DNA from: Octopus sinensis
Lineage: Eukaryota
Assembly (NCBI RefSeq): GCF_006345805.1
Contig: NC_042998.1
Span: 89,900,001-89,964,000, forward strand
Reading direction: 5' to 3'
Length of the DNA: 64,000 nucleotides
How positions within the stretch are numbered: position 1 is the first letter of the stretch; every line of letters begins with the position of its first letter. Made by a program: the position numbers and the translations under genes. Positions 24,301 through 38,883 of the stretch are shown here, one piece after another. The notes beneath the pieces are model-generated. The model ran no database searches. It was given only the letters and a program-made list of their open reading frames with translations, and was not told where the DNA came from.

Positions 24301-25530
24301 AGTTCTTTCCTTTCATTAGAGTATTTGATTTTGTTTTCAATTTCTAGGAGTGTCCTTCATAAGTTAGACTTTACACCATCCTTCAGTTGCTTACTTAGCC
24401 AGTTTGAGCTCTTTGTTCTGCATCTCATAAGGATATTTTAGACTCTGTAGATTTTATTCTTGGGTATACTGGTCTTTTTTTACCTTCTGGACTTATTTAA
24501 TACATTTAGCTTGTACTGTCAACATAAACTGACTGAGTTTTAAGTCATTACCTTGCATAAACAGTTTTGTTTGTGAATCTGTTTGTAGATTGAGTTATAG
24601 TCTATTTCATGAAAATTCAAGTTGGATATAGCTTGAGTCCATCTCATAGGGTAGATGCCTGTAGTTCACTGAGGACAGTATATTGTAAGTTCTACAATAT
24701 ATAGTCTGAGAAAGCTGTCATCATCATTTTCATATTATAGATGATGTCCATATTATTTGTGAAGCAGATATCCATTGTTGCCCCTGGCTGACTGAAGAAT
24801 CACTTGTTCCATGAACAGCATATAATAAAATTCAAGTAATGATTCGGCAGAGATAATGTGACCTTCAGGCCATTTAACATCTGGGAAGCTGAAGTCACCC
24901 AGGTGTACGTTGATGTATTGGCCCAGGTTGGTCAATACTTGCTTTGTGTATCAAAAGTTATCCTCAAATTTATCATCATGTTTTGAGATATTTGGTGGAT
25001 GATATGCTGTGCATGTAACATATTTACTTTATAAGTATTATTAAAGTATTAGAAACTGAGTTTAAGTGTAACAAAAGTTCTAGGAGTGTATCATGTTCTC
25101 AGATGTACAAGGCAATATCACCATGACTTCTTTCTCTTCTGTCAGTATGAAATACATGTGCTGACATGTGTATTTCTGCATCTTCTATGTCAGAAGTTAG
25201 ATGTATTTCTATAAGTGCCATACATATTGTTTGATTGCATGCAGCAAGATCTTTAAGACAGAGAATTTTACCTCTGTTACTAAGCTGTAAGTGACTTCCA
25301 ATATTTAGTAAGAATATGGGTGTGATATCTTGGTAGGTGTCCCTTGTGTCAGTGATGGCTACCTTGATCCATTATCTGCAGTGGTCTTTGTGTAATTATA
25401 TGCAAGATTTTGGCTCTGCTTCTGTCAACTTCCACACTATCTTTTGGGCCATGCTAACAAATGCTTGTTGTTCAACAGTTGTAGTTCACACAACATCTGT
25501 ATATTGCCTTTTGAGGTGAGCAGAGGGTGT
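22468..25530 (-). mobile_element. Decayed near-full-length CR1-group LINE (APE + RT), related to the 11279 element
   Basis: APE motif HLGDFSFPDVKW (24753-24935), RT VYLDSAKAFSKVDHGMICHKL (23364-23570), C-terminal LDILLSMIPDEP. Confidence 0.8.
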
Positions 25531-25606
25531 GTACTGATTTTTTCATATAAGACCTGTTTTTAACTGTTAGTGTAATGAGTCCTCAGCTTCAGATATTATA
25601 TATTTA

Positions 25607-25649
<43 letters not shown>

Positions 25650-25651
<2 letters not shown>

Positions 25652-27830
25652 TCTAATCAAAACCAATCATCATTAGACTTTCCAACTGCATTCTCTAGTG
25701 TGACCAACAGAGTCTATGGATATTAACCAACTACCTCATTCTTTGTTTACCCCTATGTCTCCTGCAGGTTGGTTCAGCTTGACAAATATGTCTTGCGATT
25801 CTTTCCAGGATTATTCTAATTACATGTTTATAGTACTAGAGCTGTGACCTCTCAATGTGGTGAAGTAGTGACTTAACCTGATGAGACTCCCTGATCTCCA
25901 AGATATACAATATGTGGAGTAACATTAGTTCAGGGACCCTTCGGAGGAATGCTATTGCAGCTTCTTATATGTGTATATGTATATCTCTTCTGTTTTTTAA
26001 TTATTATAAATCTCCCACTGAGGAGGAAGCCAGTTTCCAACAAAGATACAAGGCTCCATCTTTGGGATATAATTAATACAGACAAATACACATTTGGAAC
26101 AAATACACATTTGCATATTTTTACTGTTGCACTCACAGATTGCACTTGTAATCTATGAATTAAAGTACAAATTAGCCAATCGATCTCTTTCTGAAAATCC
26201 CAGTTTATCCCAATTCTCCTTTAAGCATTTACTAACAAAACCTAGTTCTCCAATTATTATTTGTATGAATATGAATACGTAGTCTGGATATAGAAGCTGG
26301 AGGTTTCGAAGCAGTTGTCCATAGATATACTTTTTTTCTTTGATTTTCAAAGAGATATTTATATCTACAGGGCAGCTGACCTCTATGGCAGTACATACCT
26401 TTGCTCCTCTGTCCCAAACAACAATATCCGGCATTTTATGTTTACATCTGACAGAAGTTTTGATGGAAATATTCCACCAGTATTCCTTGAGTTGGTGTTT
26501 ATGAATGTATTCCATAACAGAGGGATTTTCTAAGTTTATTTCAGAACAATCTTTTTCGCAGATGACATTGTAAATTGTTTCAGCGACAACATTATGCCGC
26601 ATAGGGAGGTCGTACCGTAACAACATTTTAGGAAAGCTGCTAATCACATGCATGATGTCTTCCAAGGAAATATGAAATGGCCTACACATGCAGTTGCCCT
26701 ATGGGATTACAAGAGCGTCACTGTATCTCTTGTTCACTAGGTACTTCATGGCAATCTCCTGTTCCTGGATTGCAACCACATAGACTTCAAAGTGTGATAT
26801 GATGTAGTAGTCTTGTATCCAAGAGAGGCTGTACTTCATGTCAATTATACTGTCTTCTTCAAGCTGCTGAGCAACATACCCGTGCATAGTCTATTTTTCG
26901 TATGCTGAGTGCTTTCCATCCAGGTCTTCTCTGAGGTAAGAGAACCCAGCTATTTTGAGGCTGTATAGGAGGTCATCAGGAAGAGAGTGCTTCTTGGGAA
27001 GCTCACTGCCAACTCGTACAATGCTCCTCACTTCACTTTTCAGGACTGCATTAATATATTTATTTTTGCTGTTGTTGTTTAGCAGATATTACCTGAGTGA
27101 TACCATATGGTATTCGAAGGCCGTCTGCACTGATCTCAGGCCTCTACCACTTTCATTTCTTCTTAAGAAGAGCTTGTCAACATCACTGTTTCTATGGAAG
27201 TTCCCAGTTGTTGTCAGAATTTTGTGGGTTTTGATATCTATGGAGTGGATTTCCTCAACAGACCAATCAAGTATCCCAAATTTTGGGATCAGCACTGGTA
27301 CTGCAAATGCATTGTGGGATATTGTTTTGTTGTAAGAGGAGAGTACTGACTGCCATATTTTCCTAAGTCTGGTGTAATATTCTCGTGTTACTATATCTTT
27401 ATTCACAGTGCCTTCAATGTGTAACATTCTTTGTGTGGAATGGAGGAGAGAGACCATTGAGATGCACAGGTTTTGGGTTTGGGGGACTGACTTACCTCAT
27501 TCTATTACCAAATATTAACATTTCTTTTGGATAAATTTTATGTTCATATCAGCTGAAAATGTTATTACTTCCAGTTGTTTTTGGCATTGTTAACACTTTT
27601 AGCATAAATTTGGAGGTCAGCTACAAAGAAATTATGAGTTAAATTGATATTTCTAGCAGTTGAAGATCCTTGCATGTAACCATTTGTTTTCTGCAATAGG
27701 AATGATAATGAATTCTGTGCCAAAATGAAAAGAAGTACAGAAAGACTATTTCTCTGGAATATTCTCTTTGAAATGACTATACTAACTGAAACAATTATTC
27801 TGTTCTCATTTCGAAGGGTGAGCATTATTG
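25650..27830 (-). mobile_element. R4/Dong-clade LINE (restriction-like endonuclease), 5'-truncated
   Basis: RT FQRNSLSVLLF, thumb AVPVLIPKFGILDWS, CCHC-like RHNVVA and RLE PDIVVWD...IEVSCPVD; 3' boundary approximate. Confidence 0.8.
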
Positions 27831-27972
27831 TATGTATGTATGTATGTATGTATGTATGTATGTATGTATGTATGTATGTATGTATGTATGTATGTATGTA
27901 TGTATGTATGTATGTATGTATGTATGTATGTATGTATGTATGTATGTATGTATGTATGTATGTATGCATGTA
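27831..27972. repeat. (TATG)n microsatellite; others at ~129-233, 8541-8588, 30184-30316, 42750-42799 and 58860-58934
   Basis: Direct reading. Confidence 0.95.
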
Positions 27973-28178
27973 TGTATTAATATATCTTAATATATATATA
28001 TTTATTTATACAAAGGTAGAAAAATGGCAGAATCGTTAACATACTAGGTAAAATGCATATCAGCATATCGTCCGTCTTTATGTTCTGAGGATGACTTTGC
28101 CTTTCATCCTTTTGGGGATCGATAAAATACTCCCCTGAGCTTGCTGGTCTTATACATATATGTGTGTGTGCGTGTGTG

Positions 28179-28260
<82 letters not shown>

Positions 28261-28680
28261 GGCGCAGGAGTGGCTGTGTGGTAAGTAGTTTGTTTACCAA
28301 CCACATGGTTCCGGGTTCAGTCCCACTGCGTGGCACCTTGGGCAAGTGTCTTCTACTATAGCCTCGGGCTGACCAAAGCCTTGTGAGTGGATTTGGTAGA
28401 CGGAAACTGAAAGAACCCCATCGTATATATGTATATATGTGTGTATATATATATATGTGCGCGTGTGTGTTTGTGTGTCTGTGTTTGTCCCCCTAGCATT
28501 GCTTGACAACCGATGCTGGTGTGCTTATGTCCCCGTTACTTAGCGGTTCGGCAAAAGAGACCGATAGAATAAGTACTGGGCTTACAAAAGAATAAGTCCC
28601 GGGGTCGAGTTGCTCGATTAAAGGCGGTGCTCCAGCATGGCCGCAGTCAAATGACTGAAACAAGTAAAAGAGAGAAAGAG
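28261..28680 (+). mobile_element. tRNA-derived SINE (OK-like), full length
   Basis: Same family as 2305 and 30354; internal (TA/TG)n tract; 3' tail GGCGGTGCTCCAGCATGGCCGCAGTCAAATGACTGAAAC. Confidence 0.88.
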
Positions 28681-28706
28681 AAAGAGATATACAAAGATAG
28701 ATAAAC

Positions 28707-28783
<77 letters not shown>

Positions 28784-28959
28784 TACATGTACAGATATTA
28801 ATTCCAACATATGTGCATATGCGCATAATCAAATGTATGTATGTATGAACTTGATTTGCCTAACTTTGAATCTTACTTCTACATTATTCTAACGCTTCAG
28901 GTTTGAATCTTGAGCACTTCAAAGTGAAGTCTATGCATTGGAGAAAATCTTTTTTCCTT

Positions 28960-29116
<157 letters not shown>

Positions 29117-29269
29117 AATGACATAATCATGCTCCTTGCATGAAATCCAAAAGAATTATTTTGGAGGCAAATCCTATTCTCTTCCTATAAAATTACCATA
29201 AAGAGTGACGCTAGTATTTTTCAGCCGGGCTATCACTTGTCAACTTCGTTGTAATTGAACATGTCTATG

Positions 29270-29514
29270 TCCACTACACACCTGTTTTAAAAAAAAATTC
29301 CAGCCTATAATTCTTCCCAAACGTATTTTTACAATTTCTTCCATCCATAAATAACACAAAATATTATTTAAAACCATGAACATACCTTAAAAAGTTACGA
29401 AGAACATTCATGTTTCCGTCTATTTTACATCGTCTGCTCTTTCCAATTGATCACGTGATCATATCTGCCGAATTTCCCTCTTTATCTCTCTCTCTCTTTC
29501 TCTCTCTCTCTCTT

Positions 29515-29563
<49 letters not shown>

Positions 29564-29739
29564 TTTTCTCTCTCCCTCTACTGCCTCTACATGAATATCT
29601 TCTATAATAATACTCATATGAATGAGAAAGAAAGGGGTAATAGATGAACAAGGAGGGGGTGATGGCAAACTGGTAGTGGGAGCGTTTCAATTCTGTGTGA
29701 GTATTTGTGTGTGTATGTAAAAGAGCGATATGTGAATGC

Positions 29740-29783
<44 letters not shown>

Positions 29784-29994
29784 TGTGTGTGTGTGTGTGT
29801 GTGCAATGGAAGTAAAATGGCGAACATTCAACGCTGAAAAGAAATATCAAACAGCGTTTCAACTCTGTGTGAGTATACGTGTGTCTGTGTGCGCGTATAA
29901 AAAGGAAGAATGTGAATTAATTTGATTTACCATCCACATTTATATATGAAATACTACAATTAGGCGTTATTTTTTGACAGCACGGGTTAGCTAG
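29270..29994 (+). repeat. Dispersed repeat (paralogue at ~31024-31225), possibly Helitron-derived
   Basis: Shared ...aacataccttaaaaa...gtctatttta...tccaattgatcacgtg; ends CACGGGTTAGCTAG|T at 29981-29995. Confidence 0.45.
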
Positions 29995-30181
29995 TATATA
30001 TATAATTCATGTAGAGTGACTCAAGCACGAGGGTGTTGTGTGTTAGCCAACGCACGAACTCCCAACTCATGAGTCACTCTGTAACTGCTTCCGATTATCA
30101 ATAAACACACACACACACACATATAAACACTCATGTTTTGGGTTCTATCTTTCTTATTTGCATCACCAAACCTATATATCG

Positions 30182-30212
<31 letters not shown>

Positions 30213-30353
30213 TGTATGTATGTATGTATGTATGTATTTATGTATGTATGTATGTATTATGTATGTATGTATGTATGTATTTATGTATGTATGTATGTAT
30301 GTATGTATGTATGTATATGTGTGAATATATATTCATAAATGTGTGAATAAACA

Positions 30354-30750
30354 CAGGAGTGGCTGTGTGGTAAGTAGCTTGCTAACCAACCACATGGTTC
30401 CGGGTTCAGTCCCACTGCGCGGCATCTTGGGCGAGTGTCTTCTGCTATAGCCCCGGGCCGACTAATGCCTTGTGAGTGGATTTGGTAGACGGAAACTGAA
30501 AGAAGCCTGTCGTATATATGTATATATATGTATGTGTTTGTGTGTGTGTGCCTGTGTTTGTCTCCCTAGCATTGTTTGACAACCGATGCTGGTGTGTTTA
30601 CGTCCCCGTCACTTAGCGGTTCGGCAAAAAGAGACCGATAGAATAAGTACTGGGCTTACAAAGAATAAGTCCCGGAGTCGAGTTGCTCGATTAAAGGCGG
30701 TGCTCCAGCATGGCCGCAGTCAAATGACTGAAACAAGTAAGAGAGTAAGA
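30354..30750 (+). mobile_element. tRNA-derived SINE (OK-like), near full length
   Basis: Near-identical to the 28261 copy, including the 3' tail. Confidence 0.88.
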
Positions 30751-30752
30751 GA

Positions 30753-30791
<39 letters not shown>

Positions 30792-32059
30792 TATATATAT
30801 GTTAACACATACACACGCATACATATGCATACTTTCATACACACATGCACACACACACACATATATATATATGTGTGTGTGTGTGTCCAACACCATGGCG
30901 AAGAAAGAATTATTACGAGTGCAAAACAGTTTCTTTTCTTTTTGTTACTTAGTCTTCCTTCTGTTTTTTTTTCTTAATTAATAATGAAACAGGACGTAGG
31001 TGTTTGTTCACATGATTTTTAAGGCAACTACGCTTTGTTTTAAATGTGTTCCATGACTACAATTTTCCCCAAATGTTTTTTAAAAATTTGTTTCATTTGT
31101 AACCAACAACAGAATGGTTTTTAGAAACTTAACATACCTTAAAAAATTCACGATATTTCAGTCTATTTTATCGTGTCGTCTGCTCATTCCAATTGATCAC
31201 GTGCCTGAATATCTGCTGCTTATATGTTGTCTCTCTCCTTTTCTTCTTCTTTTCTCCTCTCTCTTCTTCACCCTTCTCTCCCTATTCCCCGTTTCTCTTT
31301 ATTTCTCTCTCTCCCTCTCTCCCTTTCTCCCTCACCATTTCCCCTCTCTCTGTCTCTCTTTTTCTTTGTTTCCCTTCTACTTTTCTTGTACACTCGCCCA
31401 CATTTCCTCTCAGAATTTATTTTACTTTCTCCCTCTTTCTCGTTCTCACCTCTTCTTTCTCTTTCTCCTCATCTCTCTTCCCTCCCTCCCTTTTTTCTTA
31501 GATTCTATATTACGCTTTCTTTCCTTTCCACTCTCTATCTATTTCCTTCACAGTCTTTCCTACACTCTTTTCTCCCACTCTCTCCTTCTCCCTTTTCACC
31601 CTCAATCTCCCCTCTCACTCTCTTAGTGCTACCTACCTTCCGCTCTCTCCCAAGCCCTATGTTGTCTATTGTTAGTCTCTTTCTCTAGCTCCAATTCTCT
31701 TTCTTTCCCCCAGTCTACCCCTTCATTCCTGACTTTCTTTCGTCATGTCTTTCCACCTTTTCAATTTTCCAATATTTAAATGCATATATTTTCCTTCATG
31801 TACATACATTTAACTTTATAATATAGGGTAGAAACCATGCCAAGTTTTGACGTAGGAAGTAGCGTGGACATGATACATTTGACAAATGTAACTTTACTTT
31901 AGTGAATTATCCTATTTGTATTACTGCATGAAAAGTTAATCTTTCTTTATGATCTATTGGCCGATCGCGCTGCAAGGCATTGAAATTAAAATAAATTAAA
32001 ATACGAACAGAAATACATGAGATAAGCTTTTATTTATTTATATATTTTGTCGTACGCAG

Positions 32060-32155
32060 CTGTATGCAGCAATCCCTGTCAAAACGGGGGCGAATGCGGG
32101 GCTCCAAATAAATGTATATGTCCTAAACAGTGGACAGATAAATTCTGTCAGACAG
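32060..32155 (+). CDS. EGFL7: EGFL7-like EGF domain 1 exon (PVCSNPCQNGGECGAPNKCICPKQWTDKFCQT)
   Basis: Acceptor ttttgtcgtacgcAG|, donor CAG|GTAAG, 96 nt, phase 1-1; six-Cys EGF with CQNGGEC. Confidence 0.93.
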
Positions 32156-35100
32156 GTAAGGCTTTATCTTTACTTACTCTTATGTTTTTAATATACTTAC
32201 CACGTACATTGACATTATAGATATTAACCTGAATACATTTTAAGGGCTGCACATTTCATACAACAAAAGGGGCTGATCATTGATATGCGACCACAAATTG
32301 TTAGCGCATTTTTGTTAACATTTTGGATCGTTATCCTTAACGTAGGATATTTACGGGAGGTAACTCGAAATGACATAAGTAGTTTCCCTTGTTCACTTAG
32401 TTTTTAAAGAATATTGTTTATTCTACTCTTTTTTGTGTTTTTTTATTCATTTATGTTAAAGAAAATTTGCTTTATGGATAAAAGACAATAGTGCATTTTT
32501 TGCTTATTAATTATTTCATATTTAGAAGTTGTTACACTGTTTTATTTTCATTCGTCGTTCTTATAAATGTCTAAAAGTTATTTCTACTATTTTGTAACAT
32601 TATTACAGTTTCAAGTTCTAAAAGTTGTTCCCCTCTATGTTACATATTTCACTAATTATTCGATAGCAGAAGGTAAGGATAAATGTTGAAATATCCAAGC
32701 ACTCCCTCCCTCCCCTTCTGTGGGTTTTAGCTTGTATTACGATGGTATTAAATTTGAAGTTCAATAGTTTTTCCATTTATCATATGCTGGAAGAATATCC
32801 GGTATCGTTCTAGCTTTTTGCAATGTCATATAATAAATTGTTTTTCGTATTGTTGAGTAAATTATAACCACCACTGCTTCCACCACTCGCGTTGTAGTGT
32901 ATCTCCTGTCACATGACAGTGATTTTTTTTCCTTTGTGATTTAAAAATGGTCTCTATCTAACCTAGCAAAAAATTACAGTGGATAGGAGACTGCTCCCAA
33001 AATTCTTTCTTCGAGTTATATATGAATCAATTGGAAAATTTACAAAGCGTATTTGCTAACCTTACGAGGTTTATGCATTCAAAAATTCTTCAGTGTGATA
33101 GACCGACACCTTACTTTTTGAATTCAAATCTCGTTGAGGTAATAAATTGTACCTTTCGTCTTTCAGGGGTCAATAAATAAAGTATTAGTCTAGGGCGGTG
33201 GACTAGAGACGTGAGGGTGCCGGATGAGAAGCCTTGCTCAGTGTGTTCTGGCTCACTGCGTTCTGAGTTTAACTCTCACCGTGGTCTATTTTATCAATCG
33301 CCTCGTGAAACACCAACACTTGGCCTTTAAATTCCTTTAGAATATGATTTCACGTTGTTGCAAACCAGTTTTCTGATTTAAAGATACCCCACTCTCTCTT
33401 CACAAACAAACTTGGAGGCACTGTAAAGAGACTTAAGCATTACTCTCTCCTTTCTATGAAGAGATTAAAAGAAAACAAAACTCAATAACAATGTCTCAAT
33501 TTCCTGGAAACTTAACTAATACATTTTAACTGGTATATTGCCAAATACGGACTTTGTCCACTTAACTGTAACATCTACATATTCACATTTCTTCGGTCAA
33601 TAACGAATTTTCCGTTTTCTCAAATAGGCATCTCATAGAAAAACTCAAATTCTTTTATTTTTAATAATAATTAAAGAGAATAATCTAGATTGCATATCTA
33701 CTTCATAAATATTGAAAATATTTCAAGTTACTCATTAGATATTAGTAGTACTATATTCTAAAAATCATTAAAACGGCATCATAGTCTACTTTAATTTATT
33801 CTACAGTCGTTAGTAATACTGTATGAAATTAAAATAAATCTTGGTAGAGAAATATTTTTCTACGTGGCGGGGGATGATTTTCATACTTAGAATAAATCAG
33901 AATTATCGCCCCTGCATCGAGTACAGAACTATTTCAGTAACGAATTTTGCAATATTTTGTATATAGTCAACCGTTACTTTTTACGGAATCAATAAATCAA
34001 TATGAAAATTATTAGTTTTAAATTAACTTTAAATAGGAGATAAAAATAAATGTAAAAAATATATTAAGAAGTCTATGAATTGAATATTACCAACAAACGT
34101 TTTAGCGCACGCTGAATAATTTTCACAGCAACAAGCTTTATCTCAGTTGATATTAAATAACATTGTTTGTAATAGTTACAATAAACACTAAAATAATGTA
34201 CATTACGTTGCAATCTCAAGAATAAAATTCTTTATTCTTCGTCTCAAAGATTAAGCTTCTCTTCAGACCTTCAGCTTATCAACTACTAGTCCTTTAGAAG
34301 CAAAAATTTTAATCAGAAGGGAAGAGTATGTTCACAGCTCTTTATAGAGCCTCCTATTCTGGTGAAGAGATGGGGGCTGCTCAGATTATTGGAGTCCTGG
34401 CCCGCATGCCTTCAGCAGAATGGATTCTTTACCTGGAGAATTCATCCCTCTCCACGTTTTTATTGTTTATTCATTAGATAAAGTCAATCGTGTTTTAAAA
34501 TTTTACGCTTAAACTGAATAACTGTATTGATCTGTATAGTCAATAAGTATTACAAGTCATAGGAGCCGTCAGTCCTCTTCTAATTTGTAAAAAAACATTG
34601 CCACGAAGATATTTTCTTTTATCCTTAGACAATATCAATGGCTCAATTAAAGCTGTGTAATTTCTATTTTGAAATTGGTTGATCGATTCTCAACCACCTT
34701 TCCCAAACCCATTAGTCTTTCTAGCGGTCACGTGGAGACTATTATCTACTTTATCTATATAGAATTTATCGAACAACTACCATTGATTTTGACAATTAGA
34801 TTTTGTATAGAGAACAAACCATAGATCAAAAAGGTGATGTATTCTGTACAGAAAGTAGATAGTGTATTAGGTTACTAATTAGAAAGGTTGACGGTTCGTA
34901 TTCTAACGCCGATAGTGATTAGTGTCCATAACTAAAATACTTAAACTCCACGGACTCGTTCTGATATTCTTTCAACGAAGCTGTGTGTACAGATGAGTGT
35001 TGCGTTAGCTGACAACTCTGAATGTAAAACCTGTCATAAATGATTAAGATGATATATGTTGGTTGCCATGTTAACAATGGAAAGTCGGATAATTAAGTAT

Positions 35101-35958
35101 AGTCGTTCGTTTTCGATTCGATTCATCATAGTTTTATTGTTAAACACTTGTTGTGGACGCGATGGTCCAATGAAAACCAATAGAGTAACTTCGAAAAATT
35201 CTGCTTATAGTAGTGACTTGGTGGATACCTTTTGTGGTTATGCGTATATGAGAGAGACAGACAGACAGACAGAATATGAGTGTTCCCTGCAAGAGTGAGA
35301 TTTTAAAGTTAGCAACAGTTTCAGTTGCTTGCGTTGCAGACTGTTCGTACTGACAAGTTTGGTTGATAAAGAGACATCACTTGTTGAACTTCACCTAATT
35401 GAACTTATCACTAGGTCTCCTCTGTCTGTTTCTTCTGTCATTCACTCTTGTCTGTCATTGATCTCAGATCGGGTCACTTCTTATACGCTCAAGAATAAAT
35501 TTGGTTGGACAGATCAGTGAAGAAGTTATCATTCGAGCAGCCGAATTTCCGGTTGTTACAAGGGATTTCCTGACTGGAAACAAGTCAGGGTTTCAAATCA
35601 ACACTGAGGTTCGCCAGAATGATTCTCCCTAATGTTGTTAGCATACGGACTGCAAAATAGATCGACAGAAAACTATTAAACAGCATATATAGTTAAATGC
35701 TTAACAGATTTATATTGATGCCAATCACACAATTATTTGATGAAAGAATCTGGATTATGCTTCAGATTATTTCAAAGAAATCGTTGATATTTTTAGACAA
35801 TATATGGATTAATAGCACGCAGTATTAAGTAAGAGGCCAGTCAGAAAACAGACAGGCATTGATTCCTAGTAGAAGCACTTCTCTTGCGCTATTAATGTCC
35901 ATAGAAAGGAAAAAAGCCTCAATATCCTGGTCCCCCGCTTCTAAGAATGTTACGTCCT

Positions 35959-36052
<94 letters not shown>

Positions 36053-36227
36053 CAACTTGATTTGAACTTAGAACGTAAATAGCCGGAAGCAATACTGCGA
36101 TGTATTTTGAACACCGTTCCAACGATTTTGCCCATCCATCACAATAGATAAGTATACAAGTGAACATTTTAATAATACCCGTTAGCATATGACTTAGGCA
36201 TTTTCGTGTTTCTTTTTTATTTTTCAG

Positions 36228-36350
36228 ATGTTAATGAATGTATTTCAGGACAACATAAATGTCAACATAACTGCGTAAACACTTATGGAAGTTACAAATG
36301 TTCGTGTAACGACGGTTTTAAATTAATGAGTGATGGATTTTCATGTACAC
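36228..36350 (+). CDS. EGFL7: EGFL7-like calcium-binding EGF exon (DVNECISGQHKCQHNCVNTYGSYKCSCNDGFKLMSDGFSCT)
   Basis: Acceptor tttttatttttcAG|, donor C|GTAAGT, 123 nt, phase 1-1; cbEGF consensus DVNEC...CxNTxGSYxC. Confidence 0.95.
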
Positions 36351-36367
36351 GTAAGTATCATCTGAGA

Positions 36368-36402
<35 letters not shown>

Positions 36403-38767
36403 CGTGTGTGTGTGTGTAAACGCTGGTAGGTCAAATGCAAATATACATAGGTAATTTGCATCTCAAATGTGCATGTCGGCGGGCATACCAGTGACCAAGA
36501 TGCATGTGATCGGAACACAATTATCCAGAATCCAAATGCCTTAGCACCTTCTTTGTGGTCATAGAGTCCTCTTTTTTCGATACATCAATTAATTCCAGGC
36601 AGAGAGGCGTTGACAAGTACTTAAATTATGCCAACTTTCTAAATTACGGTTAGTTCTGAGCAAGTTGTTCATAGTTCGTTCATGAATATTCCGAAATTCA
36701 GTGGAAAAGGTTGCTGAAGTCCCGTGCTAATTTTTCCTTCTGTGTAACCTATGTATGAAACCTCGCAAGATATAAAGAACCAACTTGAAAAATACTTTGT
36801 GATCTTCATTCTGATCCAGAGCCCTCAGTTTAGAAGTAAAGCTAATGCATACTTGTAGAATCATCTAATTGTTTTCATTGAATTTTAAATCTTTGTTATG
36901 CCATAATCTCAAAACAAGATTTCATATTTTACGTCCGTTTTTTTCCTTCTTTACTTTTTTGCGTCTTGGTCACTTGCGCTTTAAGTATGCGTGTGGTGGG
37001 CAACACCCACTTCTCCGAAGAAACTTAATTTGCAAAGGCAATAACGCTGATTAATTTTGAAAGTGAAAACTAATCCTTTTCTTTCACAGATAGAAAAAAC
37101 ATCACTTATGTTCTGACAAGATATATTTTAATTTCATACGACAAGACAACTTATGAATAAAATTGAGACTCTAGCCATGAAGTAAACTTTGACAATTTTA
37201 AGAATATAATACTATTATATTCTTAAATATCATTATTTTCTTAAATATATTAACCATGAGCGTACTTTTTATATACGAGTAGAGTTGCTACCTAGTGGCT
37301 TTTCTCTTTAAACATTTAATTAAAGGAGTGAAGACGCTTATCAATATTGTTAATTTTTGGTTGGATATTGTTACCATAGACTTATCTTTCTACAACGCAT
37401 TAATTAATTTGGATTGAAGTTCTAAGTTATTGCTAATTCTTACTAATTTGTTCATTGGTTTAATCTTGAACGTTCGAAGATACAATGGAAAAAGATCCTG
37501 CTATCCTGTATCCACATCTATATCTTGCTTTGTCAATTTATGCAACTTTAAGCAGTGAGATATATTTGGGAGGTACGACTTGACGTAACCTTTTATATCT
37601 AAAACGCCTTCAACAACATCATTTGTTGGGAGAAAACTATTAGAGGGAAATGTTAGATTTTTAATTGAATTCTTTAAACAAAGCACTAGATCGTAATCCT
37701 TTTGCAACTGCCATGATATACAATTTTCTATATATAAAAAAAAAGTATGTTATATTCTTGTGAATTACATATGTGTCTTTATGCATTTGCACCACATGTG
37801 ATTCTCATTCAAAAAAGCAATAACTCGACACTCAAGAAATAGTGTACGATAAATTGGTATAAATGCATTTCTTCAACCACATTCGATATTTCTCTTCCGT
37901 TTCAAAACACATTTATAAATTTTACTTTTTATTGCATGTTAACCATTTACTGTTGATTTCGGCCAAGTTGTTGTTTTCGTGACTGAATCTAAACTTGTAT
38001 CTTCGCAATTTGCGTAATACGTGCAGGTTTATTTTTGCTATCTTATTGATGTTTATATTATTACTTAGCCTATTGAATAGATGGTGGTGGCGGCGATGGC
38101 GATTCTTGTATACGCTGCTGAGCCAGCAACCAACCTGTTCCAACTGACCAGTGATTAGAGACATTCCAATCGTAACCATTCCGCCTATTTTTCTTTCGGA
38201 CATAATATATCTAGCACGACATCATCAACTATGCCTGTCCTTGTTTCAGACAGCAATATTTCAGTGGAGGGAGATTCTATCATTACTTCTAACGACTATG
38301 TATATGGTCGCCCCCTTACTTGCATGATATTGTTGAGTTTGCTGCTCTAAGAATTAGAAGCATAACTGAACAGAATTTCATTAGCTCGCAATTCAGAACC
38401 TAAAATCCTCCAATGAGCACATCTCGAATACAGATGAGTGTAACAAACAAGTTTATCCTAGACATAATACATGAAGATTTAAATAAAGATGGTCACTTAG
38501 GGATAGTAGGCTGATGGTGATTGCAATTTCATGGAATTAATATCAATAGACTTAATGGATATTGGTGAAGACTTAGACTATGTCTTTCACTACGGATCAC
38601 AACGGTCGAGGTTTCAAACGGCGACACTTTCTTCTGTTCAAACATGGATGTTACCAACTTCGTAGGATAAAATATGCAGTTTTGTTTATTTCCTATATAG
38701 TATTGACTCCAACGATTTTGCATAAATACTTATGTACACACTTATACACACACACACACACACACAA

Positions 38768-38883
<116 letters not shown>

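Noticed and set aside
38081-38158. Short signal-peptide-like ORF MVVAAMAILVYAAEPATNLFQLTSD*
   Set aside because: Only 25 codons, starts in a GGT/GGC low-complexity run, and has no splice or family support.
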